From an uncultured Muribaculaceae bacterium (GTDB lineage Bacteria; Bacillota_I; Bacilli_A; RF39; UBA660), in NCBI GenBank assembly GCA_964575655.1, contig CAZNQV010000003.1:1-39533 (forward strand): a stretch of 39,533 nucleotides of DNA, read 5' to 3'. Position numbers and translations under genes: made by a program. Shown here piece after piece: positions 1 to 8,427 of this stretch. A model generated the notes under the pieces. The model was not told the DNA's origin and searched no databases. It saw only the letters and a list, made by a program, of their open reading frames with translations. The first letter of the stretch is position 1. Each line of letters opens with the position of its first letter.

Positions 1-471
1 AATTATTTTTTAGACGAACTTACTTTTGAAAATGCAATTGAAAATGCAGTTAGAAGTAATTATTTTCCTAAGAACGCAACAAAAAGTTCAATTGTAGCCC
101 ATGAATTTGGACATTATTTATCATTTGTTGCCTTGAATAAAAGTTATGATGTTAATGAAAGATTTCTAATTAAAAAAATGAATTATTCTGGTTATTATAA
201 AGTTATAAGTGATTATGCAGCTGGTGTGTTAGCACAAAAGATAATTACTACTGCATATAATAATTATTCTGATAAGAATCCAGAGGCATTTTCATCAGAA
301 TTTGATTTTAGAGCATCCATATCTGAATACGCGGTTGTTGTTAATAGTCAAGGTGAATACATTTATGATGAGACTATTGCCGAAGCATTTCATGATTATT
401 ATGTAAATGGTAAAGAGGCTGCACCGGCAAGCTTAGAAATTGTAAAAGTATTAAAAAGTTATTTAAAATGA
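1..471 (+). CDS. C-terminal part of a zincin (HExxH) metalloprotease; 5' end lies outside the window
   Basis: Frame 1 is open from base 1 (the track start at 133 is internal). The translation contains ...SSIVAHEFGHYLSF..., with HEFGH at 100-114. A downstream ...ETIAEAFHDYY... segment resembles the third-ligand region of anthrax-LF/Pro-Pro-endopeptidase-like gluzincins. TGA stop at 469-471. Confidence 0.55.
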   Translation, partial: NYFLDELTFENAIENAVRSNYFPKNATKSSIVAHEFGHYLSFVALNKSYDVNERFLIKKMNYSGYYKVISDYAAGVLAQKIITTAYNNYSDKNPEAFSSEFDFRASISEYAVVVNSQGEYIYDETIAEAFHDYYVNGKEAAPASLEIVKVLKSYLK

Positions 472-482
472 AAGGATAATTT

Positions 483-1040
483 ATGAAATTATTGAAGAAT
501 AATAAAATTATTTTATATTCTTTAATCATAGTAATTGCTATTACTGTGAATTTTTGGTTGTCTTTTGATACTGATCAAAAGATGAATGAAGAGCGTTTTG
601 TTTTAAACACTTTTGATTTAAAAAATAGAATTAATAATGATGAAAATGATATCCAAGATGTAAATCAAGCAGGATTGAATTCTATTATTTTGCGCCCTCA
701 ATATTATTATGGTAAATTTGTTCAAGAAACAGTTAAAATGAATATATCGGATGAATTATACGATAATTATCGTGGTATAGGTGATGTTGAACATACGGTA
801 TCTTTAAAACCGGTTAAAGTAGCGGCATATAATGGAATTATTAGTTTTAGATATATTAATGATGTACATAGTACAATTGATACCATGGACATGGCGTTAG
901 ATTTTAGATTAGAATTAGAACGAGTAGGATATGACTTAACTATTAATAGTAATCATAAAAAGGTTTATGAAGGCAATCAATATAAAGTAGTTATTTTAAC
1001 TGAGTTTAACTATTTAATTATAGTTATTATTGAGAAGTAG
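483..1040 (+). CDS. hypothetical membrane-anchored protein (single N-terminal TM helix)
   Basis: ATG preceded by AAAGGA. N-terminal hydrophobic stretch IILYSLIIVIAITVNFWL. No recognisable catalytic motif. Confidence 0.5.
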   Translation: MKLLKNNKIILYSLIIVIAITVNFWLSFDTDQKMNEERFVLNTFDLKNRINNDENDIQDVNQAGLNSIILRPQYYYGKFVQETVKMNISDELYDNYRGIGDVEHTVSLKPVKVAAYNGIISFRYINDVHSTIDTMDMALDFRLELERVGYDLTINSNHKKVYEGNQYKVVILTEFNYLIIVIIEK

Positions 1041-1047
1041 GTGTATT

Positions 1048-1575
1048 ATGGATAATATTAGTCGTAGTATTCAAATTAAAGTATTAATTATTATTATTTT
1101 GGTTTTGTTATCATCACTTCTTATTCTATTTCTTGTTGCTGATCCTGGTGTGAGAACTTTTGAAAACGATAATTTTAAAATAGTATATGAAACTAATTGG
1201 AAAGTTAAAGAAAATGAAGATAATAAAGTTCGCTTATTACATAAGTCTGGTAGTGAATATATTATTGATTTAATTGATTTAGAAGGAGAACATCGCCGTG
1301 ATGAATTATCAGTTATTATTGAAGATATATTAGATCAAGTAGAAAAAGACAATCCAACTTATCGTTTAGTTAATAAAGAAGAGACAGTGATTAGTAAAAA
1401 TGAATATGAAGCATATCGTTATTTATATGAAACTGATGATTTACAATCAATGATTACTATATGTAAAAAGAATGACAAAGTATATATCATTAATTATAAT
1501 GCTGAGCATGTAAAATTTGATATTTTATTAGATTCTGTTTTAGATATGACCTGGAATTTTGAAATTTTAAGATAA
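1048..1575 (+). CDS. hypothetical membrane-anchored protein (single N-terminal TM helix)
   Basis: The track ORF starts at TTG 1030. ATG 1048 (MDNISRS...) follows the GAGAAGTAGGTG Shine-Dalgarno-like sequence. TM segment VLIIIILVLLSSLLILFLV. Overlaps the previous gene, so the two are probably co-transcribed. Confidence 0.5.
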   Translation: MDNISRSIQIKVLIIIILVLLSSLLILFLVADPGVRTFENDNFKIVYETNWKVKENEDNKVRLLHKSGSEYIIDLIDLEGEHRRDELSVIIEDILDQVEKDNPTYRLVNKEETVISKNEYEAYRYLYETDDLQSMITICKKNDKVYIINYNAEHVKFDILLDSVLDMTWNFEILR

Positions 1576-1588
1576 GTACTAAACACTG

Positions 1589-1617
1589 GCAAGTTTGTGA
1601 AAAAACTTGCTTTTTTG
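1589..1617 (+). terminator. rho-independent terminator
   Basis: GCAAGTTT / AAACTTGC 8-bp stem with a 6-nt loop, followed by TTTTTT. A nearly identical copy lies at 3680-3708. Confidence 0.65.
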
Positions 1618-1666
1618 TTTATAATCAATTAAACTTAAAATATAAAATCGGAGAGGAGTTGTTGGC

Positions 1667-3634
1667 ATGGCAACAAAAAAGTCGGTTAAAAAAACAATAG
1701 TAAAGAAAAACGGTAAAAAAAAGAAAATTTTAAATAAAAAAGGGAAGGCTAGTACCAAAACATTAATTATTATATTAATTATAGTAATAGTTGTTGGATT
1801 AGGAGCAATCTTTGGAATCAAAGCCTTAAGTAATAAAAAAGGGCTTAATGGTGGTGGCATGGATGCAACAATCAAAATAGCTCAATATAGATATTATAAG
1901 TATAAAAATAAATGTCAGTGTAAATTTTATACGGTGGGAACTAGTAAGGCAGTTAATAAATCTGTTTCATTAACTGCATCTACTAAATATGCTAATAAGG
2001 ATTGTACAACATATTGTACTAAAAATTTAAAAAAGATATATAGTAGTTCAAGAGAAATATATAAGGTAGAAGGTAAAATATCATCAGCTAGCAAAACTAA
2101 TTATAGTTCATGGACTACATCTACTAAGGTACCAAGTGGTTATACTAAATCAAATAAGCAAACGAGATATATTACAAAAAGCGTAAAAGAGTATTCTATT
2201 AAATATAATGGTAATGGAGCTACTAGTGGTAGTACATCTTCTCAAAAACATACTTATGGTTCATCTAAGACATTAACAGCAAATGGATTTGTTAAAACAG
2301 GTTATACTTTCTTAGGTTGGGCAACTAGTGCTGATGGGGCTGTGAAATATGCGAATAAGGCTTCTGTTAAAAATTTAACATCTAAGGATGGAGCAACAAT
2401 AACTTTATATGCAAAATGGAAAGTAAATGTGGCAACAATAAACTACCATGTTAATGGTGGTAAAATAAGTGGTGGCTTATCATCAATTAAATCCGATAGT
2501 TCATTAGTATATATAAACAATAATAAGATGGTTACCAAAGTAAATTATGATTCTAAAATTATTTCAGATGGATTAAATAATCCAAATAATCCAGCTTATC
2601 TAAATATAGTAAAATCAGGATATAAAGCACAAGATAAGAAAGAATGGTGTACTAATCCTAACGGAAGTGGTACATGCTATAATGATGCATCATCAGCATA
2701 TAAAGGTCAAGATTTCTGCAATTTAGATAAAGGAAACTGTACAGTAACATTATATGTTAATTGGCAAGCAATACCTAAAGTAAAAATCCATTTCATCAGT
2801 CAAACAACTAGTGCAGATGCTATTTTATTAGAATCTGATGGACATTTTGCAATGGTAGATACAGGAGTTGATATAACTGATCCAAAAAGTAAAGAAAATA
2901 ATCCCGAAAAAGTAATTGAGTATTTAAAAGCATTAAAAGTTAAAACATTAGATTTCATTTTGATAACTCATGCTCACGAGGATCATTTAGGTGGCGGATT
3001 GGATATACTTAATAGTGGTATTAAAGTTAAAAGAGTTTACATCAAAACTTTCTTGAGGAATGGAGAAAAATCAACAGGTTCTGCAGATAGATATATAGAT
3101 ATGTATAACAATTTTATGAAAGCTGTTAAGGCCTTGAGTATTCCAATTACCTATATTGAAACTTTAAAAGAGGGTTATACCTTTAATCTTGATGAAATGA
3201 AGATATCACTTTATAACACAGAACAGTTAATGAATAAGACAGATTATGCTGGTAAGTCGGAGAATTTTAACTCGGTGGTTCAGTATATTAAAATTGGAAA
3301 TACTAAAACATTATTAGGTGCTGATTCATATAGTAAAGAAATTTTCACAAAAATTGTTAAAAAAGTAGGCGATATTGATGTTTTAAAAGTTCCACATCAT
3401 GCTTATACAATTTGTGGAGTAACTCCAGAAAATGCAGAAATAATGAATCCAAAGTATTTAGTAGTTACTAATTCAACAGCAAAAATGCAAGAATATCGTG
3501 AAACTGGCGTTGATTCTGGTAAATGCTTAGATAACTTTAATAATGATATACCAAGATATTATGTAAATCATACATCGAAGTCTTTAATTATTGATTATAG
3601 TGATAATAAAATTAAAATAGTAGAAAACAATTAA
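1667..3634 (+). CDS. membrane-anchored exported protein: Lys-rich tail + TM, Cys-containing N-module, Listeria-Bacteroides (Flg_new-type) repeat, C-terminal metallo-beta-lactamase-fold domain
   Basis: RBS GGAGAGGAG. N-terminus is KK-rich, followed by TM LIIILIIVIVVGLGAIFGI. Repeat ...YSIKYNGNGATSG...TGYTFLGWATSADG...ITLYAKW. MBL signature ILITHAHEDHLGG (HxHxDH). Confidence 0.75.
   Translation: MATKKSVKKTIVKKNGKKKKILNKKGKASTKTLIIILIIVIVVGLGAIFGIKALSNKKGLNGGGMDATIKIAQYRYYKYKNKCQCKFYTVGTSKAVNKSVSLTASTKYANKDCTTYCTKNLKKIYSSSREIYKVEGKISSASKTNYSSWTTSTKVPSGYTKSNKQTRYITKSVKEYSIKYNGNGATSGSTSSQKHTYGSSKTLTANGFVKTGYTFLGWATSADGAVKYANKASVKNLTSKDGATITLYAKWKVNVATINYHVNGGKISGGLSSIKSDSSLVYINNNKMVTKVNYDSKIISDGLNNPNNPAYLNIVKSGYKAQDKKEWCTNPNGSGTCYNDASSAYKGQDFCNLDKGNCTVTLYVNWQAIPKVKIHFISQTTSADAILLESDGHFAMVDTGVDITDPKSKENNPEKVIEYLKALKVKTLDFILITHAHEDHLGGGLDILNSGIKVKRVYIKTFLRNGEKSTGSADRYIDMYNNFMKAVKALSIPITYIETLKEGYTFNLDEMKISLYNTEQLMNKTDYAGKSENFNSVVQYIKIGNTKTLLGADSYSKEIFTKIVKKVGDIDVLKVPHHAYTICGVTPENAEIMNPKYLVVTNSTAKMQEYRETGVDSGKCLDNFNNDIPRYYVNHTSKSLIIDYSDNKIKIVENN
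1751..1900 (+). repeat. direct repeat, copy 1 (5' coding region shared by the tandem paralogs)
   Basis: AGTACCAAAACATTAATTATTATATTA...GGAGCAATCTTTGGAATCAAAGCCTTAAGTAATAA... is near-identical to 3845-3994. The upstream terminator hairpin is also duplicated. Confidence 0.8.
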
Positions 3635-3679
3635 TAAACACTAGTTTAGGATAAATGTAAAAAAAGTGTAAAATTTATG

Positions 3680-3708
3680 GCAAGTTTGTGAATGAAACTT
3701 GCTTTTTG
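3680..3708 (+). terminator. rho-independent terminator (paralogous copy of 1589-1617)
   Basis: GCAAGTTT-GTGAATG-AAACTTGC followed by TTTTT. Confidence 0.65.
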
Positions 3709-3760
3709 TTTTGCTATAAGTTACACTAAATGCATAAAATATGAAAAGAGTTGTTATAAT

Positions 3761-4336
3761 ATGGCAACTAAAAAAGCGGCCAAAAAGCCTGCAATAAAGA
3801 AAACAACAAAAAATAAATCAATGTTAAATAAAAAAGGAAAGGTGAGTACCAAAACATTAATTATTATATTAGTTATAGTAGTAGTTGTTGGAGTTGGAGC
3901 AATCTTTGGAATCAAAGCCTTAAGTAATAAGAAAGAACTTAGTGGTGGCGGTATGGATGCAACAATTAAGGTAACTCAATATAGGTACTATAAATGGCAA
4001 AGTTATTGTGGAGCTGAAGGATATAATTATGAGGATCCAATTAGCACATACATGGGTTGGACAGAGGTAAAAGTTAATGTTTCAAATAAAAAATTTACTG
4101 ATAAGGAATGTTATGATTATGTTAATAAACGCAAAGGTAAGATATTTGGAAGTGGTGTTGATAAAATAGAAGTAGGGTTTACTAGAGCAACTAAATCATC
4201 TTATACTTCATGGACAACCAGTTCAGCAGTACCTTCTGGATATAGTAAAAGTAATAGAGAAATTAGATATGTTAACAAGACTACATCTTCTCAAAAACCA
4301 GCAAGACCAGGTGTCCCAAGTAGTACGGTTAAATAA
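3761..4336 (+). CDS. membrane-anchored exported protein, short paralog of the N-module of 1667-3634
   Basis: The track ORF starts at 3692, inside the terminator. ATG 3761 gives MATKKAAKKP..., colinear with MATKKSVKKT... of the upstream gene. Shared segments are GGGMDATIK(I/V)xQYRYYK and SWTTSxxVPSGYxKSN. No repeat or MBL domain. Confidence 0.6.
   Translation: MATKKAAKKPAIKKTTKNKSMLNKKGKVSTKTLIIILVIVVVVGVGAIFGIKALSNKKELSGGGMDATIKVTQYRYYKWQSYCGAEGYNYEDPISTYMGWTEVKVNVSNKKFTDKECYDYVNKRKGKIFGSGVDKIEVGFTRATKSSYTSWTTSSAVPSGYSKSNREIRYVNKTTSSQKPARPGVPSSTVK
3845..3994 (+). repeat. direct repeat, copy 2
   Basis: See 1751-1900. Confidence 0.8.
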
Positions 4337-4342
4337 TAATCT

Positions 4343-4368
4343 AAGGTAAGTTAAACTTACCTTTTTTA
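4343..4368 (+). terminator. rho-independent terminator
   Basis: AAGGTAAGT-TAA-ACTTACCTT stem-loop followed by a T-run. Confidence 0.65.
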
Positions 4369-4402
4369 TTTGCGTAAATTTTTATAAAAGTGATAAAAAA
4401 GC

Positions 4403-4431
4403 TTTACTTTTGTAATAAAAAATAGTAGAAT
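4403..4431 (+). promoter_or_regulatory. candidate sigma-A promoter of the dcw/mraZ operon
   Basis: TTTACT (4403-4408), 17 nt spacer, TAGAAT (4426-4431). Confidence 0.4.
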
Positions 4432-4432
4432 A

Positions 4433-4466
4433 GTGGTAGACAGTGGATGAATGTGGAGAAAAGTGG
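4433..4466 (+). promoter_or_regulatory. candidate MraZ operator: four GTGG boxes spaced exactly 10 bp apart
   Basis: GTGG occurs at 4433, 4443, 4453 and 4463 (taGTGGtagacaGTGGatgaatGTGGagaaaaGTGGtg), immediately downstream of the -10 element and upstream of mraZ. Confidence 0.55.
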
Positions 4467-4474
4467 TGATTTCT

Positions 4475-4912
4475 ATGTTGATGGGTGAGTATCATCATAA
4501 TATTGATGATAAGAAGAGAATGATAATTCCTTCAAAGTATCGTGAAGATTTAGGAGACATAGTAATTATTACTAGAGGACTTGAAGGTTGTTTGTTTGTA
4601 TATTCTAAAGCAGAATGGGATGGGATAGTTGCTAAACTAAAAGCATTACCGTTTACTAAAAAAGATGCGCGTAGTTTTGTTAGATTCTTTTTATCTGGAG
4701 CTACTGAATGCGAATTTGATAAACAAGGAAGAATTAAAATTGCTAATCCACTAGTAGAATATGCTGCTTTATCTAAAGAATGTGTTGTTATTGGAGTAAA
4801 TGATCGTTTAGAAATATGGAGCGAAGAAGTTTGGAATAACTTTATGAATGATAATAGTAACACATTATCAGATGCTGCAGAAAATTTATTTGATATGAAT
4901 TTTGATTTATAG
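4475..4912 (+). CDS. mraZ: transcriptional regulator MraZ
   Basis: MLMGEYHHNIDDKKRMIIPSKYRE... is the canonical MraZ N-terminus, and a second SpoVT/AbrB-like repeat (...FDKQGRIKIANPL...) is present. It is the first gene of the dcw cluster. Start could be 4475 or 4481; the track start at 4451 lies inside the operator boxes. Confidence 0.9.
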   Translation: MLMGEYHHNIDDKKRMIIPSKYREDLGDIVIITRGLEGCLFVYSKAEWDGIVAKLKALPFTKKDARSFVRFFLSGATECEFDKQGRIKIANPLVEYAALSKECVVIGVNDRLEIWSEEVWNNFMNDNSNTLSDAAENLFDMNFDL

Positions 4913-4919
4913 GGGATTT

Positions 4920-5849
4920 ATGGAAAAACATGTAAGTGTCTTGCTAGATGAGACTATTCAATTTTTAGATATTAAGCATAAAGGTATTTATGTTGACATG
5001 ACATTAGGTTTTGGTGGTCATAGTAGTGAAATATTAAAGAGAATTACTACTGGTAAATTAATTGGATTTGATCAAGACCTTGAAGCTGTTAAATATAGTG
5101 AAGATAGATTAAGTAAAATTAGTAATAATTATCAAATTATTCATAGTAATTTTGTTAATGCTAAGGAAGAACTTAATAAACTTGGCATTGATAAAGTAGA
5201 TGGTATTATCTTTGATTTAGGGATGTCTTCCGTACAAATAGATGATTCATCTAGAGGATTTAGTTATATGCATGATGCTAAACTTGATATGCGAATGAAT
5301 CAAGAAAATGAGTTAACTGCCTACCAAGTAGTTAATACATATAGTGAAGAAAAACTAACTAATATTTTTCGTTATTATGGAGAAGAACATCATGCTAGAC
5401 GAATTGCTAAAGCAATAGTGGAACAAAGGATAATAAAACCAATTGATACAACATTAGAGTTAGTTGATATTATTGATAAACAAATACCATATCGTGAGAA
5501 AAGACATTCACATCCCGCTAAAAAGGTATTTCAAGCAATTAGAATAGAAGTTAATAATGAATTAGAAGTTTTACAGAAGGCACTTAATGATGCCTTAGAA
5601 TTACTGAATATAAATGGTAGAATGTGTGTTATTACATTCCATTCATTAGAAGATAGAATATGTAAAAAAACATTTATAGAAATTACTAAAGAGGATCCTT
5701 TAGTTAAAGGGATGCCTAATATTGATCAAAGTCTATTACCTGATTTTCGGTTAATTACTAGAAATTCAATTAAACCAAGTCAGGATGAAATAGAAAATAA
5801 CAGAAGAAGTAAGTCAGCACAGTTACGAGTCATAGAAAGAATAAAATAG
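4920..5849 (+). CDS. rsmH: 16S rRNA (cytosine1402-N4)-methyltransferase RsmH/MraW
   Basis: HVSVLLDE...YVDMTLGFGGHS...FDLGMSSVQID...TFHSLEDR motifs. RBS AGGGGA precedes ATG 4920. Position directly after mraZ. Confidence 0.92.
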   Translation: MEKHVSVLLDETIQFLDIKHKGIYVDMTLGFGGHSSEILKRITTGKLIGFDQDLEAVKYSEDRLSKISNNYQIIHSNFVNAKEELNKLGIDKVDGIIFDLGMSSVQIDDSSRGFSYMHDAKLDMRMNQENELTAYQVVNTYSEEKLTNIFRYYGEEHHARRIAKAIVEQRIIKPIDTTLELVDIIDKQIPYREKRHSHPAKKVFQAIRIEVNNELEVLQKALNDALELLNINGRMCVITFHSLEDRICKKTFIEITKEDPLVKGMPNIDQSLLPDFRLITRNSIKPSQDEIENNRRSKSAQLRVIERIK

Positions 5850-5869
5850 GGTTGGAAGGAAGAGATAAA

Positions 5870-6157
5870 ATGAGAAAGATGAAAAAAGCAAAATTAACTA
5901 AATTTGAGAAATTGTTATATTTTTTCACTGTGGCTCTTGTTTTATCTTTTCCAATAGTTAGTCTTTTTTCTAAATCAGCATTATCAAAAGTAAACTATGA
6001 AAATGAAAAATTAAAGTCTCAAATAGTAACTCAAACTAAACAAAATGAAAGTCTAACTATGAAAATTAATGAATTAGCATCATTAGAAAATATCGAAGCT
6101 ATTGCTAAAACGATGGGATTAAGTTACAATAATAATAGTATAAAAGTAGTAGAATAG
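5870..6157 (+). CDS. ftsL: cell division protein FtsL-like (small bitopic coiled-coil protein)
   Basis: About 95 aa with one TM (LLYFFTVALVLSFPIVSLF) followed by a heptad-like region. Conserved position between rsmH and the PBP gene. RBS GGAAGGAAGAG. Confidence 0.6.
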   Translation: MRKMKKAKLTKFEKLLYFFTVALVLSFPIVSLFSKSALSKVNYENEKLKSQIVTQTKQNESLTMKINELASLENIEAIAKTMGLSYNNNSIKVVE

Positions 6158-6168
6158 GTAGTGATTTG

Positions 6169-8310
6169 ATGAAAAACAGAAAAGCTAGAAATGATATAAA
6201 ACTAAATAAGTTTTTGATTGTTTTTGCTTTTTTTTGTTTTGCTTTAATAGTTGCTAGGACGTCTTATTTAGCAATATCTCCTAGTATTGATGGCATAGAT
6301 ATAAAACAGTTTGCTAAGAATAGAACTACTTCTAAAACCACATTATATGCAAATCGAGGTACTATTTTTGATGTTCATGGTGATATATTAGCAGAGAATA
6401 CTTCATCATATACTTTAATTGCATATCTGGATGAATCTCGTAGTGAGAATTCTAGTACATTGCAACATGTAAAGGATATTGAATCGACCGCTAAGAGTTT
6501 GGCAACGGTTTTAGATATTAAAGAAGAAAAAATTGTGGAATATTTGAGTCAAAAGAACAGGTATCAGGTTGAATTAGGTCCTAAAGCAAAAGGTTTAACT
6601 GAACTAACTAAAGAAAAAATCGAAGCTTTAAACTTACCGGGAATTGATTTTATTGAATCAATACAACGATATTATCCCAATGGTAATTTTGCATCTTATG
6701 TATTAGGATATGCTAAGAAAAATGATGCAGGTATCATAAATGGTGAGTTAGGAATAGAGCAGTTATATAATAAGGAATTAAGTGGGACTGATGGATATGT
6801 AGAATTCCAAAAAGATCGAAATGGTTATCAAATCCCTAATACAAAAGAAATTAGACAAGATGCTGTTACAGGAAATGATATATATTTAACGATTGATAGT
6901 AATATTCAATATTTTGTAGATCAAGCATTACATGCTTCATATGGAAAATATTCACCAGAATGGATGTTGATGGTTGTAGCTGATGCTAAAACAGGGAAAA
7001 TTTTAGCAGATTCTTCTAGACCTTCATTTGATCCTAATATTTTAGATATTGAAAACTATTATGATTTAAGTATTTCACTTCCATATGAACCTGGTTCTAC
7101 TGTAAAAACATATACATATATGGCAGCCTTGGAAAAAGGAACATATGATGGATCAAAAAAATTTAAATCTGGCAGTTATAAAGTAGATAAAGATACAATA
7201 ATTAGTGATTGGAATAACAAAGGTTTTGGTACAATAACTTATGATCAGGGTTATGTTGCCTCAAGTAATGTTGGTATTATTAATGTGCTAAATAATTTTA
7301 TTACGGGGAAAGACTTAAAAGATTATTTGGATAAACTAGGTTTTGGTGTAGAAACTAATGTTGGGCTTGCTAACGAAGCCAAAGGAACTGTTAGTTTTAC
7401 ATATGATTCTGAAGTTTATAGTGCTGGTTTTGGTCAAGGAATTACCACGACGCCAATGCAACATATTAAGGCTTTAACTTCTATCGCTAATGATGGGATA
7501 ATGTTGCAACCTTATATTATTGATAAAATAGTTGATAGCAACAATGAAAAGGTTATTATGCAAAATAAACGAACAGAATTAGATACGGTGGCTTCTAAAA
7601 CAACCACCGATAAGATGAAAGAATTAATGTATATGGTAGTTAATGGTGGTAGTGGAGCAGCAAATACTGGTAGTGGTTATAAAATAAATGGTTATGATAT
7701 TATTGGTAAAACAGGTACTGCCCAAATATTTAATACTAAAAAAGGGGCATATTATACTGATGATTATAATGTAATTAGATCAGTTGCCTTAATGTTTCCA
7801 AAAGATAACCCACAAATAATTATTTATGCTGCAGAACAACGAGGTTCAATTAATGCTTTAACTTCTTCAGTTAAAAAAGTTATTGAAAATACAGCGACTT
7901 ATCTTAATATATATAAAACTACAACTGAACAAGAACAAATGATTAATTATAAAGTAGATAATTATATAAATGATAAAACTAATCAAGTTACAACAGATTT
8001 AACTTCAAAGAATATTAATTTTGTAGTAATTGGTGATGGTGATAAAATAATTAATCAATATCCTAGTTATAATAATATAGTAAATAGTAATGAGAGGGTA
8101 ATTTTACTTACTTCTGGAACTAATTACTTAATGCCAAATATTAAAGGTTATTCAACTAAAGAAGTATTAGCTTTGGCAGATTTACTGGAAATTGAAGTAA
8201 TTACTGAAGGATATGGTTATGTTAAATCATCTAATATTAAGGAAGGTACTGCAATTTCCAAAGATTTAATTTTAGAAGTATCGTTAGAGCGACTGTATGA
8301 TGATATATAA
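6169..8310 (+). CDS. pbpB: class B penicillin-binding protein (division transpeptidase, Pbp2B/FtsI type) with C-terminal PASTA repeats
   Basis: SxxK = STVK, SxN = SSN, KTG = KTGTA. N-terminal TM plus dimerisation domain. Two PASTA-like units at the C-terminus. The 713-aa length and the position match Bacillus Pbp2B. Confidence 0.9.
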   Translation: MKNRKARNDIKLNKFLIVFAFFCFALIVARTSYLAISPSIDGIDIKQFAKNRTTSKTTLYANRGTIFDVHGDILAENTSSYTLIAYLDESRSENSSTLQHVKDIESTAKSLATVLDIKEEKIVEYLSQKNRYQVELGPKAKGLTELTKEKIEALNLPGIDFIESIQRYYPNGNFASYVLGYAKKNDAGIINGELGIEQLYNKELSGTDGYVEFQKDRNGYQIPNTKEIRQDAVTGNDIYLTIDSNIQYFVDQALHASYGKYSPEWMLMVVADAKTGKILADSSRPSFDPNILDIENYYDLSISLPYEPGSTVKTYTYMAALEKGTYDGSKKFKSGSYKVDKDTIISDWNNKGFGTITYDQGYVASSNVGIINVLNNFITGKDLKDYLDKLGFGVETNVGLANEAKGTVSFTYDSEVYSAGFGQGITTTPMQHIKALTSIANDGIMLQPYIIDKIVDSNNEKVIMQNKRTELDTVASKTTTDKMKELMYMVVNGGSGAANTGSGYKINGYDIIGKTGTAQIFNTKKGAYYTDDYNVIRSVALMFPKDNPQIIIYAAEQRGSINALTSSVKKVIENTATYLNIYKTTTEQEQMINYKVDNYINDKTNQVTTDLTSKNINFVVIGDGDKIINQYPSYNNIVNSNERVILLTSGTNYLMPNIKGYSTKEVLALADLLEIEVITEGYGYVKSSNIKEGTAISKDLILEVSLERLYDDI

Positions 8311-8332
8311 AGCAAGATTAACTTGCTTTTTT
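8311..8332 (+). terminator. rho-independent terminator after pbpB
   Basis: AGCAAG-ATTAA(C)-CTTGCT followed by TTTTTT. Confidence 0.55.
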
Positions 8333-8374
8333 CATGCAATAATTTTATTTTGATTGGTTAGCAATTAGTATAAT

Positions 8375-8402
8375 TTGATAGTATTTGGTTATATTACATA
8401 AT
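8375..8402 (+). promoter_or_regulatory. candidate promoter of the SipW-like cluster
   Basis: TTGATA (8375-8380), 16 nt spacer, CATAAT (8397-8402). This would place the transcript start after ATG 8401 and before ATG 8428. Confidence 0.3.
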
Positions 8403-8427
8403 GAAAATATCTAGAAAGGATGATAGT

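Noticed and set aside
8350-8374. TTGATT ... TATAAT as the promoter for the SipW-like cluster
   Set aside because: The spacer is only 13 nt and there is no TGn extension. The downstream TTGATA-16-CATAAT pair fits better.
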